Source: Candidatus Nomurabacteria bacterium (GTDB lineage Bacteria > Patescibacteriota > Minisyncoccia > Phycocordibacterales > UBA9973). Taken from it: a stretch of DNA of 64,000 nucleotides. The translations under genes and the position numbers were made by a program. Below are positions 33,948 to 43,092 of this stretch, piece after piece; position 1 is the stretch's first letter, and each line of letters starts with the position of its first letter. The stretch covers positions 91,683 through 155,682 of the forward strand of contig CAWJHU010000003.1 in NCBI GenBank assembly GCA_963842815.1, in the 5' to 3' direction. The notes beneath the pieces were generated by a model that worked only from the letters and a program-made list of their open reading frames with translations, did not search any database and was not told where the DNA came from.

Positions 33948-34709
33948 TTAGTTGAAGGAGAGCTGATTACGCATTTCCCGCTCAAGTGTTTGAGAGAAAT
34001 CACGAATAATAGATTGTTGTCCTGAAGGTAAAAATGTTCCAAGTTCGCCTTGAAAATCAATTTGTCGAGAACTGGCAATAATTTCCTCCGCAATTTTGCC
34101 AAGACGCGCCTTTTGGTCCGGCAATAGCATTCCTTTGCGCATTATAAAATACAAATCATAATAATCACGGGGCTTTTTTCGTTTAAGCAAAGCATCAAAT
34201 ATTTTTTCATTAACTATCTCTTCCTGTGGCAAATGGTAAAGCGTATAAGTCGGCACAAAATTATTCGCGATACTATCCACTTCTCCACGGACACTATTTT
34301 CGTTATGGGCTTGTACATTTATTTCTATGTTAATAGGAGAATAATTATTAAAACGAAGAGTCGCAAGACCAAAATATCCTCCTGAGGTCGGAGTTGATTT
34401 GCCACTTAGATCTACATGGATACCAGTACTTTCAAGTTTTGCTAGAACATTCATAAATAAATCATCAATAAATGAACCAACCTCATTGGATAATACTCCA
34501 AATAATGAAAAATCCAAATCTTCTGAAAATCGAGGAGAACCATAAACAATACGAAGGGCTGTGCCACCCTTAAAGAGCAACTTTTCCGACCCTTGGAGTT
34601 GATATAATTCGGTAAGAAATAAATGTTGTACATATTCGCGGACAACATTTGGGAATACGCTTGTTTGTTCTTTTCTAGCAATTGTTTCCAATAATTCTGG
34701 TTCTATCAT
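33948..34709 (-). CDS. AbiEii/AbiGii-family nucleotidyltransferase toxin (DUF1814)
   Basis: LLFKGGTALRIVYGSPRFSEDLDFS is the AbiEii GGTAL...RFSEDIDF core. 253 aa. Overlaps the upstream gene by 4 nt. Confidence 0.8.
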   Translation of the reverse strand: MIEPELLETIARKEQTSVFPNVVREYVQHLFLTELYQLQGSEKLLFKGGTALRIVYGSPRFSEDLDFSLFGVLSNEVGSFIDDLFMNVLAKLESTGIHVDLSGKSTPTSGGYFGLATLRFNNYSPINIEINVQAHNENSVRGEVDSIANNFVPTYTLYHLPQEEIVNEKIFDALLKRKKPRDYYDLYFIMRKGMLLPDQKARLGKIAEEIIASSRQIDFQGELGTFLPSGQQSIIRDFSQTLEREMRNQLSFN

Positions 34710-35305
34710 AATAATGTTCTTTTTAGTATAGCAATAAGTTTAGGATTCTCAAAAAGCTTAGCATATCTAAGTGCTTTGCTTTTATTAATTTTTTCTTTAT
34801 TAAAACGAGTTATGGGTTTTTTCCCAAAAAGAACGCGATAATAGAGGGTGTCCACAAATGCTTTTTCAGCATCCGCTATTCGAAAAGTAAAACCTTGTTG
34901 TTTTTCTATAATATATCCCGTAAATGCAGATTTTTTAATCTTGCGGTAAGAATATATCTTACCTAGTGTTTCAAATCGTTGTGTTGCTTTTATTGTTACT
35001 GATGTTATTTCATATACCGTTTCAGGAATAATTCCACGATATGATAAAGCAAATTCTCTGGAAATATAAGATGGGGCATAAAGTTTATTGGCAAGATATA
35101 ATTCAGGTGGTAGTGCATCAGGGAATAAATATAAACCACGTTTAATTCGAACGATAAAACCTTGTTTACTATAGCGATGCAATAAAAAAGTTGAAGCAAT
35201 CTTAGAAACTCCGAATAAAGTTTGTATATCACGTCCAGAAAAAAGGGCAATTTTTTTAGCCTTAATTTTAGCCATAAAATCTGTACGATTGACCAATTTA
35301 GCCAT
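34706..35305 (-). CDS. AbiEi-family antitoxin/transcriptional regulator (type IV TA partner of AbiEii)
   Basis: About 200 aa, positioned immediately upstream and translationally coupled to AbiEii. N-terminal wHTH-like GRDIQTLFGVSKIASTFLLHRYSKQGFIVRIKRGLYLF. Confidence 0.65.
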   Translation of the reverse strand: MAKLVNRTDFMAKIKAKKIALFSGRDIQTLFGVSKIASTFLLHRYSKQGFIVRIKRGLYLFPDALPPELYLANKLYAPSYISREFALSYRGIIPETVYEITSVTIKATQRFETLGKIYSYRKIKKSAFTGYIIEKQQGFTFRIADAEKAFVDTLYYRVLFGKKPITRFNKEKINKSKALRYAKLFENPKLIAILKRTLL

Positions 35306-35374
35306 ATTGCTAATATACCAAATTCACGGGAAATAACAAGCTTTTGACTGTGAATAACTTTTTATATCTCGTGA

Positions 35375-35500
35375 TTATTTAAACTTTTTGCGAGCGGATT
35401 TTTTCGCCAGCATAAGATTCTTGATTGCTATTCGTTTTTTGGTCTTGCGGGAATGCCTTGACCTTTCCTTTGGACTAAGTGTAGTGCCTCTTTTTGCCAT
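35375..35500 (-). CDS. Small basic ORF (41 aa; Lys/Arg-rich)
   Basis: ATG at 35500, TAA at 35375-35377. MAKRGTTLSPKERSRHSRKTKKRIAIKNLMLAKKSARKKFK. Not in the ORF track (<60 aa). Confidence 0.25.
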   Translation of the reverse strand: MAKRGTTLSPKERSRHSRKTKKRIAIKNLMLAKKSARKKFK

Positions 35501-35591
35501 ATAATTTTTCGTTATTGATAATATTAATTTGCATTATAGCATAAAAATAAAAATTCACCGAAACGAAAAATTCGCTCCGGTGAATTAAAAA

Positions 35592-35978
35592 CTAATCCTC
35601 CACAATATAAAAATGATAGCTCGGGTCAAGCCATACATTATTTATATATTTTATCGCTTGCTCAAAGGACAAATCTTTAAATAATATTTCCCAAGCGTTT
35701 TGAAGCTTGGCCATATCTTTTGAATTATGCTTGCCCTGGAGCATAACCTGTTCCCCGTTTATAAAAACACAGACCACTTTTATCCCTTCTGGCTTCCAGG
35801 ACAGTAAATTTGTGAGCTCGCATGCCTGCTCTGCATTCATGTCTCCATAAATAACGTGCCAGGCTCTATGCAATTTGGGAGGAACATAAGAAAGGTTCGA
35901 CGGGTCATTTGACCCGCCCAGTGACTGAGAACGTCTGTGGTGCTTCTCAGTTCTAGTAATTTCTTTTTCTTTTCTCAA
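35592..35978 (-). CDS. HNH (His-Me finger) nuclease-like N-terminal motif protein
   Basis: EKHHRRSQSLGGSNDPSNLSYVPPKLHRAWH follows the HH..GG..N..NL...H..H spacing of HNH endonucleases, without the Zn-binding Cys pairs. C-terminal half unknown. Confidence 0.4.
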   Translation of the reverse strand: MRKEKEITRTEKHHRRSQSLGGSNDPSNLSYVPPKLHRAWHVIYGDMNAEQACELTNLLSWKPEGIKVVCVFINGEQVMLQGKHNSKDMAKLQNAWEILFKDLSFEQAIKYINNVWLDPSYHFYIVED

Positions 35979-36089
35979 AATAACACCTCCTGTTTTCCTT
36001 TACTTAACCACTAATTATCGGCAAGCGCAACTGAATAAAGTTGATATCTTGACTTGCGCAAATTTTTCCCCTAGGGTATAATATAGGCT

Positions 36090-36497
36090 ATGGAAAACAA
36101 TAATATTGAGAAAAATTCTCAACCTATTAATAAAATAGAGGAAGCAAAAAATAATGAGCGGAAACAACTGGCCGATTTTGAGGTAAATCTTTTTTTGGAT
36201 ACCTTTATGGAAAAAAATGAAAAAGCTACCAAGTCTAAGGACAAAGAAGAATTGCGAGAACTTGGCGAGACTTTAAAGGAAGAAATAAAAAATTTCATAA
36301 TCGATGCGATGCGCAGACAGGGAAAAGATTATGCGGATTTAGTTAAAGGGAAGTTCTTTGCTTGCTTGACTATTTATCGACCGATTATAGCTGACGATGA
36401 GAAAGATTCGGAGGTTAAGTTTGAGGCCAAAAAATATATTTTGGATTTGTTTCCTCCTGTTGTTCAGACGGATGAAGGTGCTAAACTTGAATATTAA
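36090..36497 (+). CDS. Hypothetical Lys/Glu-rich protein
   Basis: ORF only. Confidence 0.35.
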   Translation: MENNNIEKNSQPINKIEEAKNNERKQLADFEVNLFLDTFMEKNEKATKSKDKEELRELGETLKEEIKNFIIDAMRRQGKDYADLVKGKFFACLTIYRPIIADDEKDSEVKFEAKKYILDLFPPVVQTDEGAKLEY

Positions 36498-36517
36498 ATA
36501 GGTTTAACTAACACCAT

Positions 36518-37012
36518 TTATTTGTTACTGGTTCTTTGAAGCAGTTCTTTTTCCAGCGCAATGGCCAGGGTTGAATCCAAAACGGGTAAAACTCCCTCGC
36601 TTTTGGCATTACTTTGGGACTCATCGGTGCCGGCGGTTTCTATGATAATGCGAGCTATGCCCAGCATCTTTTCATTGAAACTTTGTTCATGATTCACGTT
36701 TTGAATTTGCTTATAGGGAATGGCAATATCCGATTTGGAAAAAATTCCTTTTTGAACGTGGAAAGAAAATTCATCCAGCATGAATTTGACGCTTTTATAT
36801 TTCAGCCAGGCAATACTGAATACGGCGCAGCAAGCCAAAATTCCGATAATGATTACGGCTGGCAAAAGTGAATCAAAACCTTGGAAGAAAGAACCTCCTA
36901 GGCCGATAATCACAAAAAGAATAATAACGGATAATAATTTGGTAGAAACAAAATACAGAAGCACTTTCCTGCCCGGCGAATAATATTTTCCATTTTCAAA
37001 AGTTTGATCCAT
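36518..37012 (-). CDS. Membrane protein with a bacterial PH (bPH_2/DUF304, YdbS-like) domain
   Basis: Two N-terminal TM helices followed by WLKYKSVKFMLDEFSFHVQKGIFSKSDIAIPYKQIQNVNHEQSFNEKMLGIARIIIET. Confidence 0.5.
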   Translation of the reverse strand: MDQTFENGKYYSPGRKVLLYFVSTKLLSVIILFVIIGLGGSFFQGFDSLLPAVIIIGILACCAVFSIAWLKYKSVKFMLDEFSFHVQKGIFSKSDIAIPYKQIQNVNHEQSFNEKMLGIARIIIETAGTDESQSNAKSEGVLPVLDSTLAIALEKELLQRTSNK

Positions 37013-37028
37013 GGGTTTTTAATAAATT

Positions 37029-37217
37029 TTATAATTGCTTCCACCAGATGCAGGTTATATATATGCCAGAGGCGAGAGCAATGATTAGAAACGGAACTAT
37101 AAACGGGGTAAAAATTTGAGGCCAATAGGCTCCGACAACTATCCCGCCCAAAAACATAGACAGCTTGAATAAACTCCCCTGCCACCACTTAAAGGTAAAC
37201 GATTTGAATATATTCAT
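37029..37217 (-). CDS. Small two-helix membrane protein
   Basis: 62 aa, two hydrophobic helices. Confidence 0.35.
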   Translation of the reverse strand: MNIFKSFTFKWWQGSLFKLSMFLGGIVVGAYWPQIFTPFIVPFLIIALASGIYITCIWWKQL

Positions 37218-37307
37218 AATGCCATTATTATAGCACTTTCAATAAAAAAGCCAGTTTTAGGTAAACTGGCAAACCATGCTTTTATTCTGAATGCTCAACG
37301 GAGGTGA

Positions 37308-37937
37308 TTAGAAAGTAAAATTAACATTTTCATTTCCATATGCCCCGCTAACGTCGCCGCCCGAACCATCCGAATTGAAGTTTATGGTTATGTGCATATT
37401 GATTGTTTCACTGTAATTGGGACCGTCCATTTTAAAACCTCCCCCTATTACAATGTCGGATGCTGTTCCAAAACTATAATCAGGTTTGAATGTGAAAGTT
37501 CCCACGATTGAGATATACGGTGCTCCATTCATTTTATACTCTTTACCATCTATATTGAATGTAAAACCGTTTATCGTTTCATCATATCCAAGGGACAGGT
37601 AACCGCCTAGAAAATTTCCATGAGCGTCAAAATTAAAGTTGGCTGTGATATCCCCGGTCACATGAATATAGCCACCGTACTTGCTGTATATATAATCATC
37701 CGTCTGCCAATAGTATTGGTCTTTCGGCTGAGCTGCCGTTATTTGCTGGCTCACTCCCCGTGGTGACTTTTTAAATGACGTGTTTTTATAAGCCATCATC
37801 GTTGCGTTGAATATGTCTTCGATAACAGCTTGCGGAGCGACCGGATAGGTGGCAGCAGGGGTAACGGAGAGGTCCTTGCAGCCGACTATCATAATTAATA
37901 CAATCGCCTCAAAAAAAACAACAAGTAAATTTTTCAT
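37308..37937 (-). CDS. Lipoprotein (hypothetical)
   Basis: Signal peptide with a lipobox ...LIMIVGC|KDLS. Tyr/Gly-rich beta-rich body. Confidence 0.55.
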   Translation of the reverse strand: MKNLLVVFFEAIVLIMIVGCKDLSVTPAATYPVAPQAVIEDIFNATMMAYKNTSFKKSPRGVSQQITAAQPKDQYYWQTDDYIYSKYGGYIHVTGDITANFNFDAHGNFLGGYLSLGYDETINGFTFNIDGKEYKMNGAPYISIVGTFTFKPDYSFGTASDIVIGGGFKMDGPNYSETINMHITINFNSDGSGGDVSGAYGNENVNFTF

Positions 37938-38085
37938 GGGTATTCCTCCTTGTTTGTTGTGTTGTTGTATTGTTGTTTAAAAAAGATTCACAAAAAACTG
38001 CATTTATGTAAACAGTACTATTAAAAAATTAAAAGTCAAGACTCTCAGAGATTGAGAGGCATTAAAAAAAGGTATCATTTAAGAA

Positions 38086-38643
38086 CTAACCCTGTTTTTT
38101 CAGCCAACTTATCATTTGTTTGAAAGTGCTGGGACCGGCTTGTCCATCGGCGCCCAGTCCTTGAGCTTTCTGGAAAGCGGCCACTGCTTTTTGAGTGCTT
38201 ACTCCGTAATCATTGTCAATTTTGTTCGAGGTGTTGTTATAAACATTTAAAAAATTTTGCACAATCCCCACTCTCGTGCCGCTGGATTTCAGCTTCATGG
38301 AAACATTATTATCTACCAAACCTTGTAATTCGTTTATGAGATTTTGATTTTTATAAACGGCTGGCTGCGCGGGAGTCGGGGTTGTTGTTTCCGGCTTTGC
38401 TGTGGATGCGGAATTCTGCTCCCCTGCCGTGGAATCCGCCGATTGGGACTGAAAAACATTCAGCTGGTCCGTCAAATCCGCTACCTGTTTCGTTAAATCT
38501 TCATTTTCCTTTTGAAGTTGCTGTATTTTTTGGCTTGTGGCAAATTCAGTCCCCGACTGCATAGAAGTAACAGACCAATAACCGATAAATCCCAACAATA
38601 CCAAAACAATAATTGAAAACAATATAAATTTTAATTTATCCAT
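38086..38643 (-). CDS. Membrane-anchored coiled-coil protein with a C-terminal peptidoglycan-binding domain (PG_binding_1)
   Basis: N-terminal TM FILFSIIVLVLLGFIGYW. Coiled coil KIQQLQKENEDLTKQVADLTDQLNVFQ. C-terminus GTRVGIVQNFLNV...DNDYGVSTQKAVAAFQKAQGLGADGQAGPSTFKQM. Confidence 0.65.
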   Translation of the reverse strand: MDKLKFILFSIIVLVLLGFIGYWSVTSMQSGTEFATSQKIQQLQKENEDLTKQVADLTDQLNVFQSQSADSTAGEQNSASTAKPETTTPTPAQPAVYKNQNLINELQGLVDNNVSMKLKSSGTRVGIVQNFLNVYNNTSNKIDNDYGVSTQKAVAAFQKAQGLGADGQAGPSTFKQMISWLKKQG

Positions 38644-38897
38644 ATAAATTTATTATAACAAAATTATAGACAAAGTTAAATTAACCAAAAGGCATTATGG
38701 TCTATTGTTTTTTGCTCATTTTCTGTTAAGATGATAAAAGTTCTTTATTTAATTAAATACATTCCGGGGTAGTTGAAATGCGTCTAAAAAGCATTTCAAG
38801 GGCGGAGGCACGAAGGTGCCGAGCCGGGGTCGCGAGATTTTTCAGCAGAAAAATATTTGTGACCAGCGGTTACCGCTGAGCTATCCCGAATAAATAT

Positions 38898-38969
38898 TCC
38901 GGGGTAGCTCAGCGGTAGAGCGGTCGCCTGTTAAGCGATTGGTCGTAGGTTCGATCCCTACCCCCGGAG
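38898..38969 (+). tRNA. tRNA-Asn (anticodon GTT)
   Basis: Cloverleaf: acceptor TCCGGGG/CCCCGGA, D-arm GCTC-AGCGGTA-GAGC, anticodon arm GTCGC-CTGTTAA-GCGAT, T-arm GTAGG-TTCGATC-CCTAC, discriminator G. CCA not encoded. Confidence 0.85.
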
Positions 38970-39007
38970 CGAGAAAGTTTTTACTTTTCTATGATACAAT
39001 TTCTTTC

Positions 39008-39568
39008 ATGAGTATAAGTTACGAATTAACTGTATTTACCATCTTAAGCATAGTCATTATTTCTGTATCATGGCGATCATTATTTAATATCAAAGCTCAT
39101 GGTTTTTACAGGTTTTTTGCCTGGGAAGGTATAGCGTGGCTACTAGTAAATAATTATAGATACTGGTTTATTAATTTATTTTCCTTTTTACAAATTATTT
39201 CATTTATATTATTAGTGTGTGCATTAGTTCTTGCCATGACCGGTTTCGTTCTTATAAAAATAAAAGGTAAAATTGACAAGAATCGCAATGACAATACGGC
39301 ATACTCATTTGAAAAAACCACAGAATTAATTGAGGTAGGAATTTTTAAATATATCCGACATCCTATGTATAGCTCTTTGATATTTCTCACTTGGGGAATA
39401 TATTTTAAAAATGTTGTCTCAATAAATCTTTTAATAATTTCTATTTTGTCCACTGTTTTTCTGTTTATCACAGCAAAAGTAGAGGAAAAGGAAGACTTGA
39501 AATTCTTTGGTGAAAAATACAAGGATTATATAAAGAAGACTAAAATGTTTATCCCTTACATAATATAA
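39008..39568 (+). CDS. Isoprenylcysteine carboxyl methyltransferase (ICMT)/phospholipid methyltransferase-family membrane protein
   Basis: Multi-TM protein with C-terminal GIFKYIRHPMYSSLIF (ICMT/PEMT signature). Start set at MSISYE because the longer ORF runs into the tRNA. Confidence 0.65.
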   Translation: MSISYELTVFTILSIVIISVSWRSLFNIKAHGFYRFFAWEGIAWLLVNNYRYWFINLFSFLQIISFILLVCALVLAMTGFVLIKIKGKIDKNRNDNTAYSFEKTTELIEVGIFKYIRHPMYSSLIFLTWGIYFKNVVSINLLIISILSTVFLFITAKVEEKEDLKFFGEKYKDYIKKTKMFIPYII

Positions 39569-39590
39569 TGTATTTTAGTATAATTTTTAT

Positions 39591-40040
39591 ATGAAAGAAA
39601 AAATCACTCTCCATGCCAAGTGGCTTATCAAGGCTCCTCTAACGGAGGTGTTTAACATAATGACTGACTTTGAAAAATGGCCTGAGTATTTTCCGAAAGT
39701 TGCGGAATCTATACAAGTCATAAGGCGCGAAGGAAATTATTTGGAAATGGATGCGACCGTCAAATCGTTCGGCCAAAAGTTTCCAGTAAAAATGAAATAC
39801 CAGATTCTCCCCGGAAAGGGGTATCATTTCGGATAATGAAAGCCCTAAATTTGGAACTTCTGGCCACGAAGAATTGTTGCTCTCTGAACGTCCAGAAGGA
39901 ACCGTGATCGATTACACTTATCAAGTTGCCATCCATAAACGCTGGCTCCGTATAGTTGCACAACCATTGATTGGTTGGTTTTCCATGAAATACTGGCAGA
40001 AAGCTGTCATAGATGAACTAAGAAAAAGGCTCGAGAGATA
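39591..40040 (+). pseudogene. SRPBCC (polyketide cyclase/Bet v1-like) family gene interrupted by a frameshift near 39809-39835
   Basis: Frame 1: MKEKITLHAKWLIKAPLTEVFNIMTDFEKWPEYFPKV...KMKYQILPGKGYHFG*. A shifted frame continues ISDNESPKFGTSGHEELLLSERPEGTVIDYTYQVAIHKRWLRIVAQPLIGWFSMKYWQKAVIDELRKRLER*. The joined ~150 aa match SRPBCC size and architecture. The shift lies at the run ccccggaaagggg. Confidence 0.6.
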
Positions 40041-40062
40041 AAATATTGGTTATAATTAAGTT

Positions 40063-40737
40063 ATGAAAAAATATTTAAAAATAATTATATTGGGAATAAT
40101 TGTTGTAATTGTTGTTGGTGTTTTTGCTTATTATCAAAAACCAAAACAGGAATCTATTACGGGTACTTATATTGCTCGCCTGGCAAACGATGTTTATGTT
40201 CTTACAATTCTTTCCGAACAGGGCGAATCTTTTACCGGAACGCTTGATATTAAAAATTTTGAAAAAGATAGCTCAACCGGCACTCTGGCAGGCACATATA
40301 AAAATGGAATTTTGCTGGCAGATTATACATTTCAATCGGAAGGAACCGAATCCGTTGGCTGGGTAGCATTCAAAAAAGTTGCAGACGGTTTTATCCGGGG
40401 GTTCGGTAATGTTGACCCTGGAACAAAAACTCAATCCATTGATTTAAATAAAATAACTTTTGATTCTTCTGTTGTTTATAAGCTTTCGGATACAATTGTA
40501 AATTCTGTAATTTTTGATTGCGCCGAAAATAAAAGCATCAAAGCGGTTTTTTATAAAGACAGAGTTGAGATAGATTTGAATGACGGCAGAAATATGTCCT
40601 TGCCTCAGGTTTTGTCCGGTTCCGGGGCGCGCTATGCAAATTTTAATGAATCTTTTGTATTTTGGAATAAGGGAGATACTGCCTTCGTAAACGAAGGCGA
40701 TGCGATGACATACAAAGACTGCCTGATAAAAAATTAA
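40063..40737 (+). CDS. Membrane-anchored MliC-like (lysozyme inhibitor) domain protein
   Basis: N-terminal TM. C-terminal FDCAENKSIKAVFYKDRVEIDLNDGRNMSLPQVLSGSGARYANFNESFVFWNKGDTAFV...YKDC has the MliC SGSGA(R/K)Y motif and the conserved Cys pair. Confidence 0.5.
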   Translation: MKKYLKIIILGIIVVIVVGVFAYYQKPKQESITGTYIARLANDVYVLTILSEQGESFTGTLDIKNFEKDSSTGTLAGTYKNGILLADYTFQSEGTESVGWVAFKKVADGFIRGFGNVDPGTKTQSIDLNKITFDSSVVYKLSDTIVNSVIFDCAENKSIKAVFYKDRVEIDLNDGRNMSLPQVLSGSGARYANFNESFVFWNKGDTAFVNEGDAMTYKDCLIKN

Positions 40738-40812
40738 TTTTTAATACTCTTTTATTTATTTGAAGCAAAAATAAATTGCCTTAGTGGAAATCCTGTTATA
40801 TAATGCCAATCT

Positions 40813-41223
40813 ATGAAATCTATAAGATTTTTTGTATTTTTAATCATAATATGTGCCTCTTTATCAGTAATTCAAAAACCCGTTATGGCTGCTACTCTGC
40901 CTTTTCCCAGCGTAGAAATCCTGTTAAAAAGCATTGCCAGCGGAAAGGTTCTTTCTACAAATACGGATAACAATGGGAATTTCAACGTAGGGGTGCCGGA
41001 AGAAAGCGGGGCTTATAATCTTTATATCGGCAATGAAAGCCTTCCTCCGGTAAAAATTTCGGCAAAGAAAAATACAGTCAGCGGCCGGGTTGTGATTCTG
41101 ACCGAGGGCACTACGACAAAGGATCCGACGCCTCCGGCCCCGATAAAAAAGACTGTTCCGAAAAAGACTACTCCGGTTAAAAAATCGGTTTCTCCCGCTA
41201 TCACTAAGCCTAAACTTCCTTAA
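40813..41223 (+). CDS. Secreted protein with a Pro/Thr/Lys-rich C-terminal tail (hypothetical)
   Basis: Signal peptide MKSIRFFVFLIIICASLSVIQKPVMA. C-terminus TKDPTPPAPIKKTVPKKTTPVKK. Confidence 0.45.
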   Translation: MKSIRFFVFLIIICASLSVIQKPVMAATLPFPSVEILLKSIASGKVLSTNTDNNGNFNVGVPEESGAYNLYIGNESLPPVKISAKKNTVSGRVVILTEGTTTKDPTPPAPIKKTVPKKTTPVKKSVSPAITKPKLP

Positions 41224-41232
41224 ATAAAATTT

Positions 41233-41817
41233 ATGAAAAAAGTAAAAAAAATATCAGAAAAATTCATATTGTTCTTAAATAAAAAATATGGCATAACGCC
41301 GGATGTTCTGGTGTACATAAAAATATTTTCAGCTCCATTGCTCGCCCTGCTCATTTCAAAAGTTATTTCCAACAGAAGTCTGTTGCTAGCCATAATTGTT
41401 CTTATCATTTATATCAAAGTTGTGGCAATAGATTTCTATGCTGAAATCTTAGCCCATATGGCAAAAGAAAAAAATAATACCGATCATTTATATGGAAGCA
41501 TTCTTGATAAAATGAGCGGAAAAATTTTACTCATTCTTGTTCTTATTCCCTTCGGCCTTAATCTTTATACTTTTCTGATTATTTTGGCGGAATCAATATG
41601 GGTTTTTCAAAACATACATTCTCCCCTCTATGAAAAACAGAGGGCAAGCCGTGCTGAAAAAATAAAAATATGGCTGCAGATAGTTTTAATACCAATTTTA
41701 ATATTGCAAAGAACAACGAGCTTCATTCCGGGAATGCTTGTTTACCTGTACATTATTACTACTATTGTTTTTACTTACATTCCGATTTACACAAATTATT
41801 TCTATTTTGAAAAATAG
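41233..41817 (+). CDS. Hypothetical polytopic membrane protein
   Basis: About five hydrophobic helices. No recognisable motif. Confidence 0.4.
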   Translation: MKKVKKISEKFILFLNKKYGITPDVLVYIKIFSAPLLALLISKVISNRSLLLAIIVLIIYIKVVAIDFYAEILAHMAKEKNNTDHLYGSILDKMSGKILLILVLIPFGLNLYTFLIILAESIWVFQNIHSPLYEKQRASRAEKIKIWLQIVLIPILILQRTTSFIPGMLVYLYIITTIVFTYIPIYTNYFYFEK

Positions 41818-42030
41818 AATTTAAAATTGTGGACATAATACAGAGAAGTTGGAACCAATTGGAAAGCTGGGTATTTGAAGCATCTGAAGTTATTAAAAGT
41901 AATTTGATACCTAAAAATAGCCTTATTTATACTTGATATTAGCTTTTGTTGATAGCACATTAAGTTAATGGAATTTAATAGTAAAAATAATAGTGATTTT
42001 AGAAGAAAAATAGTATAATAGTCTTAAATT

Positions 42031-42561
42031 ATGGAAATAAAAGAATGTAGGGATTTAGCAGAGAAGATTGTTGCTGAGTTTAACCCAGAGGGTCTTTCAC
42101 CTTTCCCATATCAGAAAATTGAAGAAAAAAATAAGGATTTAAAAATTTTCTTGTCCAACATAGAAGATAATAATATTTCAGGTGCCATAACTTACGATAA
42201 AGAGACTCCTGAGTTTGTAATTCTTATCAATAAAAATAAACCACCATCAAGACAGTATTTTACTGTTGCACACGAGTTGGGACATTATTTTCTTCACAAG
42301 GATATTCTTAGAGAAGAAGAAATTTTGGTTGACAATGACAACATACTTGAAGGTAGAACTTTGTTTAGATTAGACACTACAAAATCAACTATTATCGAAA
42401 CAGAAGCAAACAATTTTGGAGCTTCCTTAATTATGCCTGAAAACCAAGTTTATAAAGCTTGGAACGAATTAAAAAACATTGAAGAATGTGCAAAAGTATT
42501 TAATGTTTCTGTTTTAGCGATGACAATTAGATTAACTAAATTAAATTTAGTTCAAGAATAG
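42031..42561 (+). CDS. ImmA/IrrE-family (DUF955) zinc metallopeptidase
   Basis: YFTVAHELGHYFLH carries the HEXXH motif in the ImmA/IrrE context. 176 aa. Confidence 0.7.
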   Translation: MEIKECRDLAEKIVAEFNPEGLSPFPYQKIEEKNKDLKIFLSNIEDNNISGAITYDKETPEFVILINKNKPPSRQYFTVAHELGHYFLHKDILREEEILVDNDNILEGRTLFRLDTTKSTIIETEANNFGASLIMPENQVYKAWNELKNIEECAKVFNVSVLAMTIRLTKLNLVQE

Positions 42562-42565
42562 CTAT

Positions 42566-43054
42566 ATGGCACCCTTAGAAGAAAACAAAAAAGAGAAAAC
42601 TTTACACAAACCAACCAAAAGGAAATCATTTTCTTTTGATTTTGAAAATCAGAGAAAAAGAATACAAGAAATAATAGCAAAACAAAATAGCAATAATGAA
42701 CATTCAAAAATTTATCGTTATACTCCTCACAATGATTCTAGGAGTCTTGATGAACGAATTAGAGAACAGGCTAAAATTAAAAAAGAAGAGTTATTGAACG
42801 AAGAATTTGCTCAAAACATGTTATTAAAAAAAACAACTTTAAACAGATTGTTTCTTTTTCTTTCTGTAGAAACACTAGTTATCTTTATTTTAGCAATTCT
42901 TCAGGGATTTAAGTTAACAAGCGGTTTCTATTTAGAAGACTGGAGTTTTAGATTACTTGTTGCTGTAACTATTTCTCAAATAACTTATATGTTGCAATTT
43001 GCTGTTAAACATCTGTTTCCCAACAATAAAGAAGAAAAAGAAGAAATTAAGTAA
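42566..43054 (+). CDS. Hypothetical protein with a charged N-terminal half and two C-terminal TM helices
   Basis: ORF directly downstream of ImmA (4-nt gap). TM helices LFLFLSVETLVIFILAIL and LLVAVTISQITYMLQFAV. Confidence 0.4.
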   Translation: MAPLEENKKEKTLHKPTKRKSFSFDFENQRKRIQEIIAKQNSNNEHSKIYRYTPHNDSRSLDERIREQAKIKKEELLNEEFAQNMLLKKTTLNRLFLFLSVETLVIFILAILQGFKLTSGFYLEDWSFRLLVAVTISQITYMLQFAVKHLFPNNKEEKEEIK

Positions 43055-43092
43055 ATTAATCAATGTCAACGATTAAACAGAAAGAAGCACTA

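Noticed and set aside
38760-38895. Second tRNA or tmRNA/SRP RNA immediately upstream of tRNA-Asn
   Set aside because: Neither strand folds into a cloverleaf (no matching acceptor 3' strand). The SRP domain-IV motif (GGAAGCAGCC / GNRA loop) is absent. Reported only as a structured leader.
38939-39007. The 5' extension of ORF 38939..39568 (MVVGSIPTPGARK...)
   Set aside because: It overlaps the 3' part of tRNA-Asn. The start was moved to the Met at 39008.
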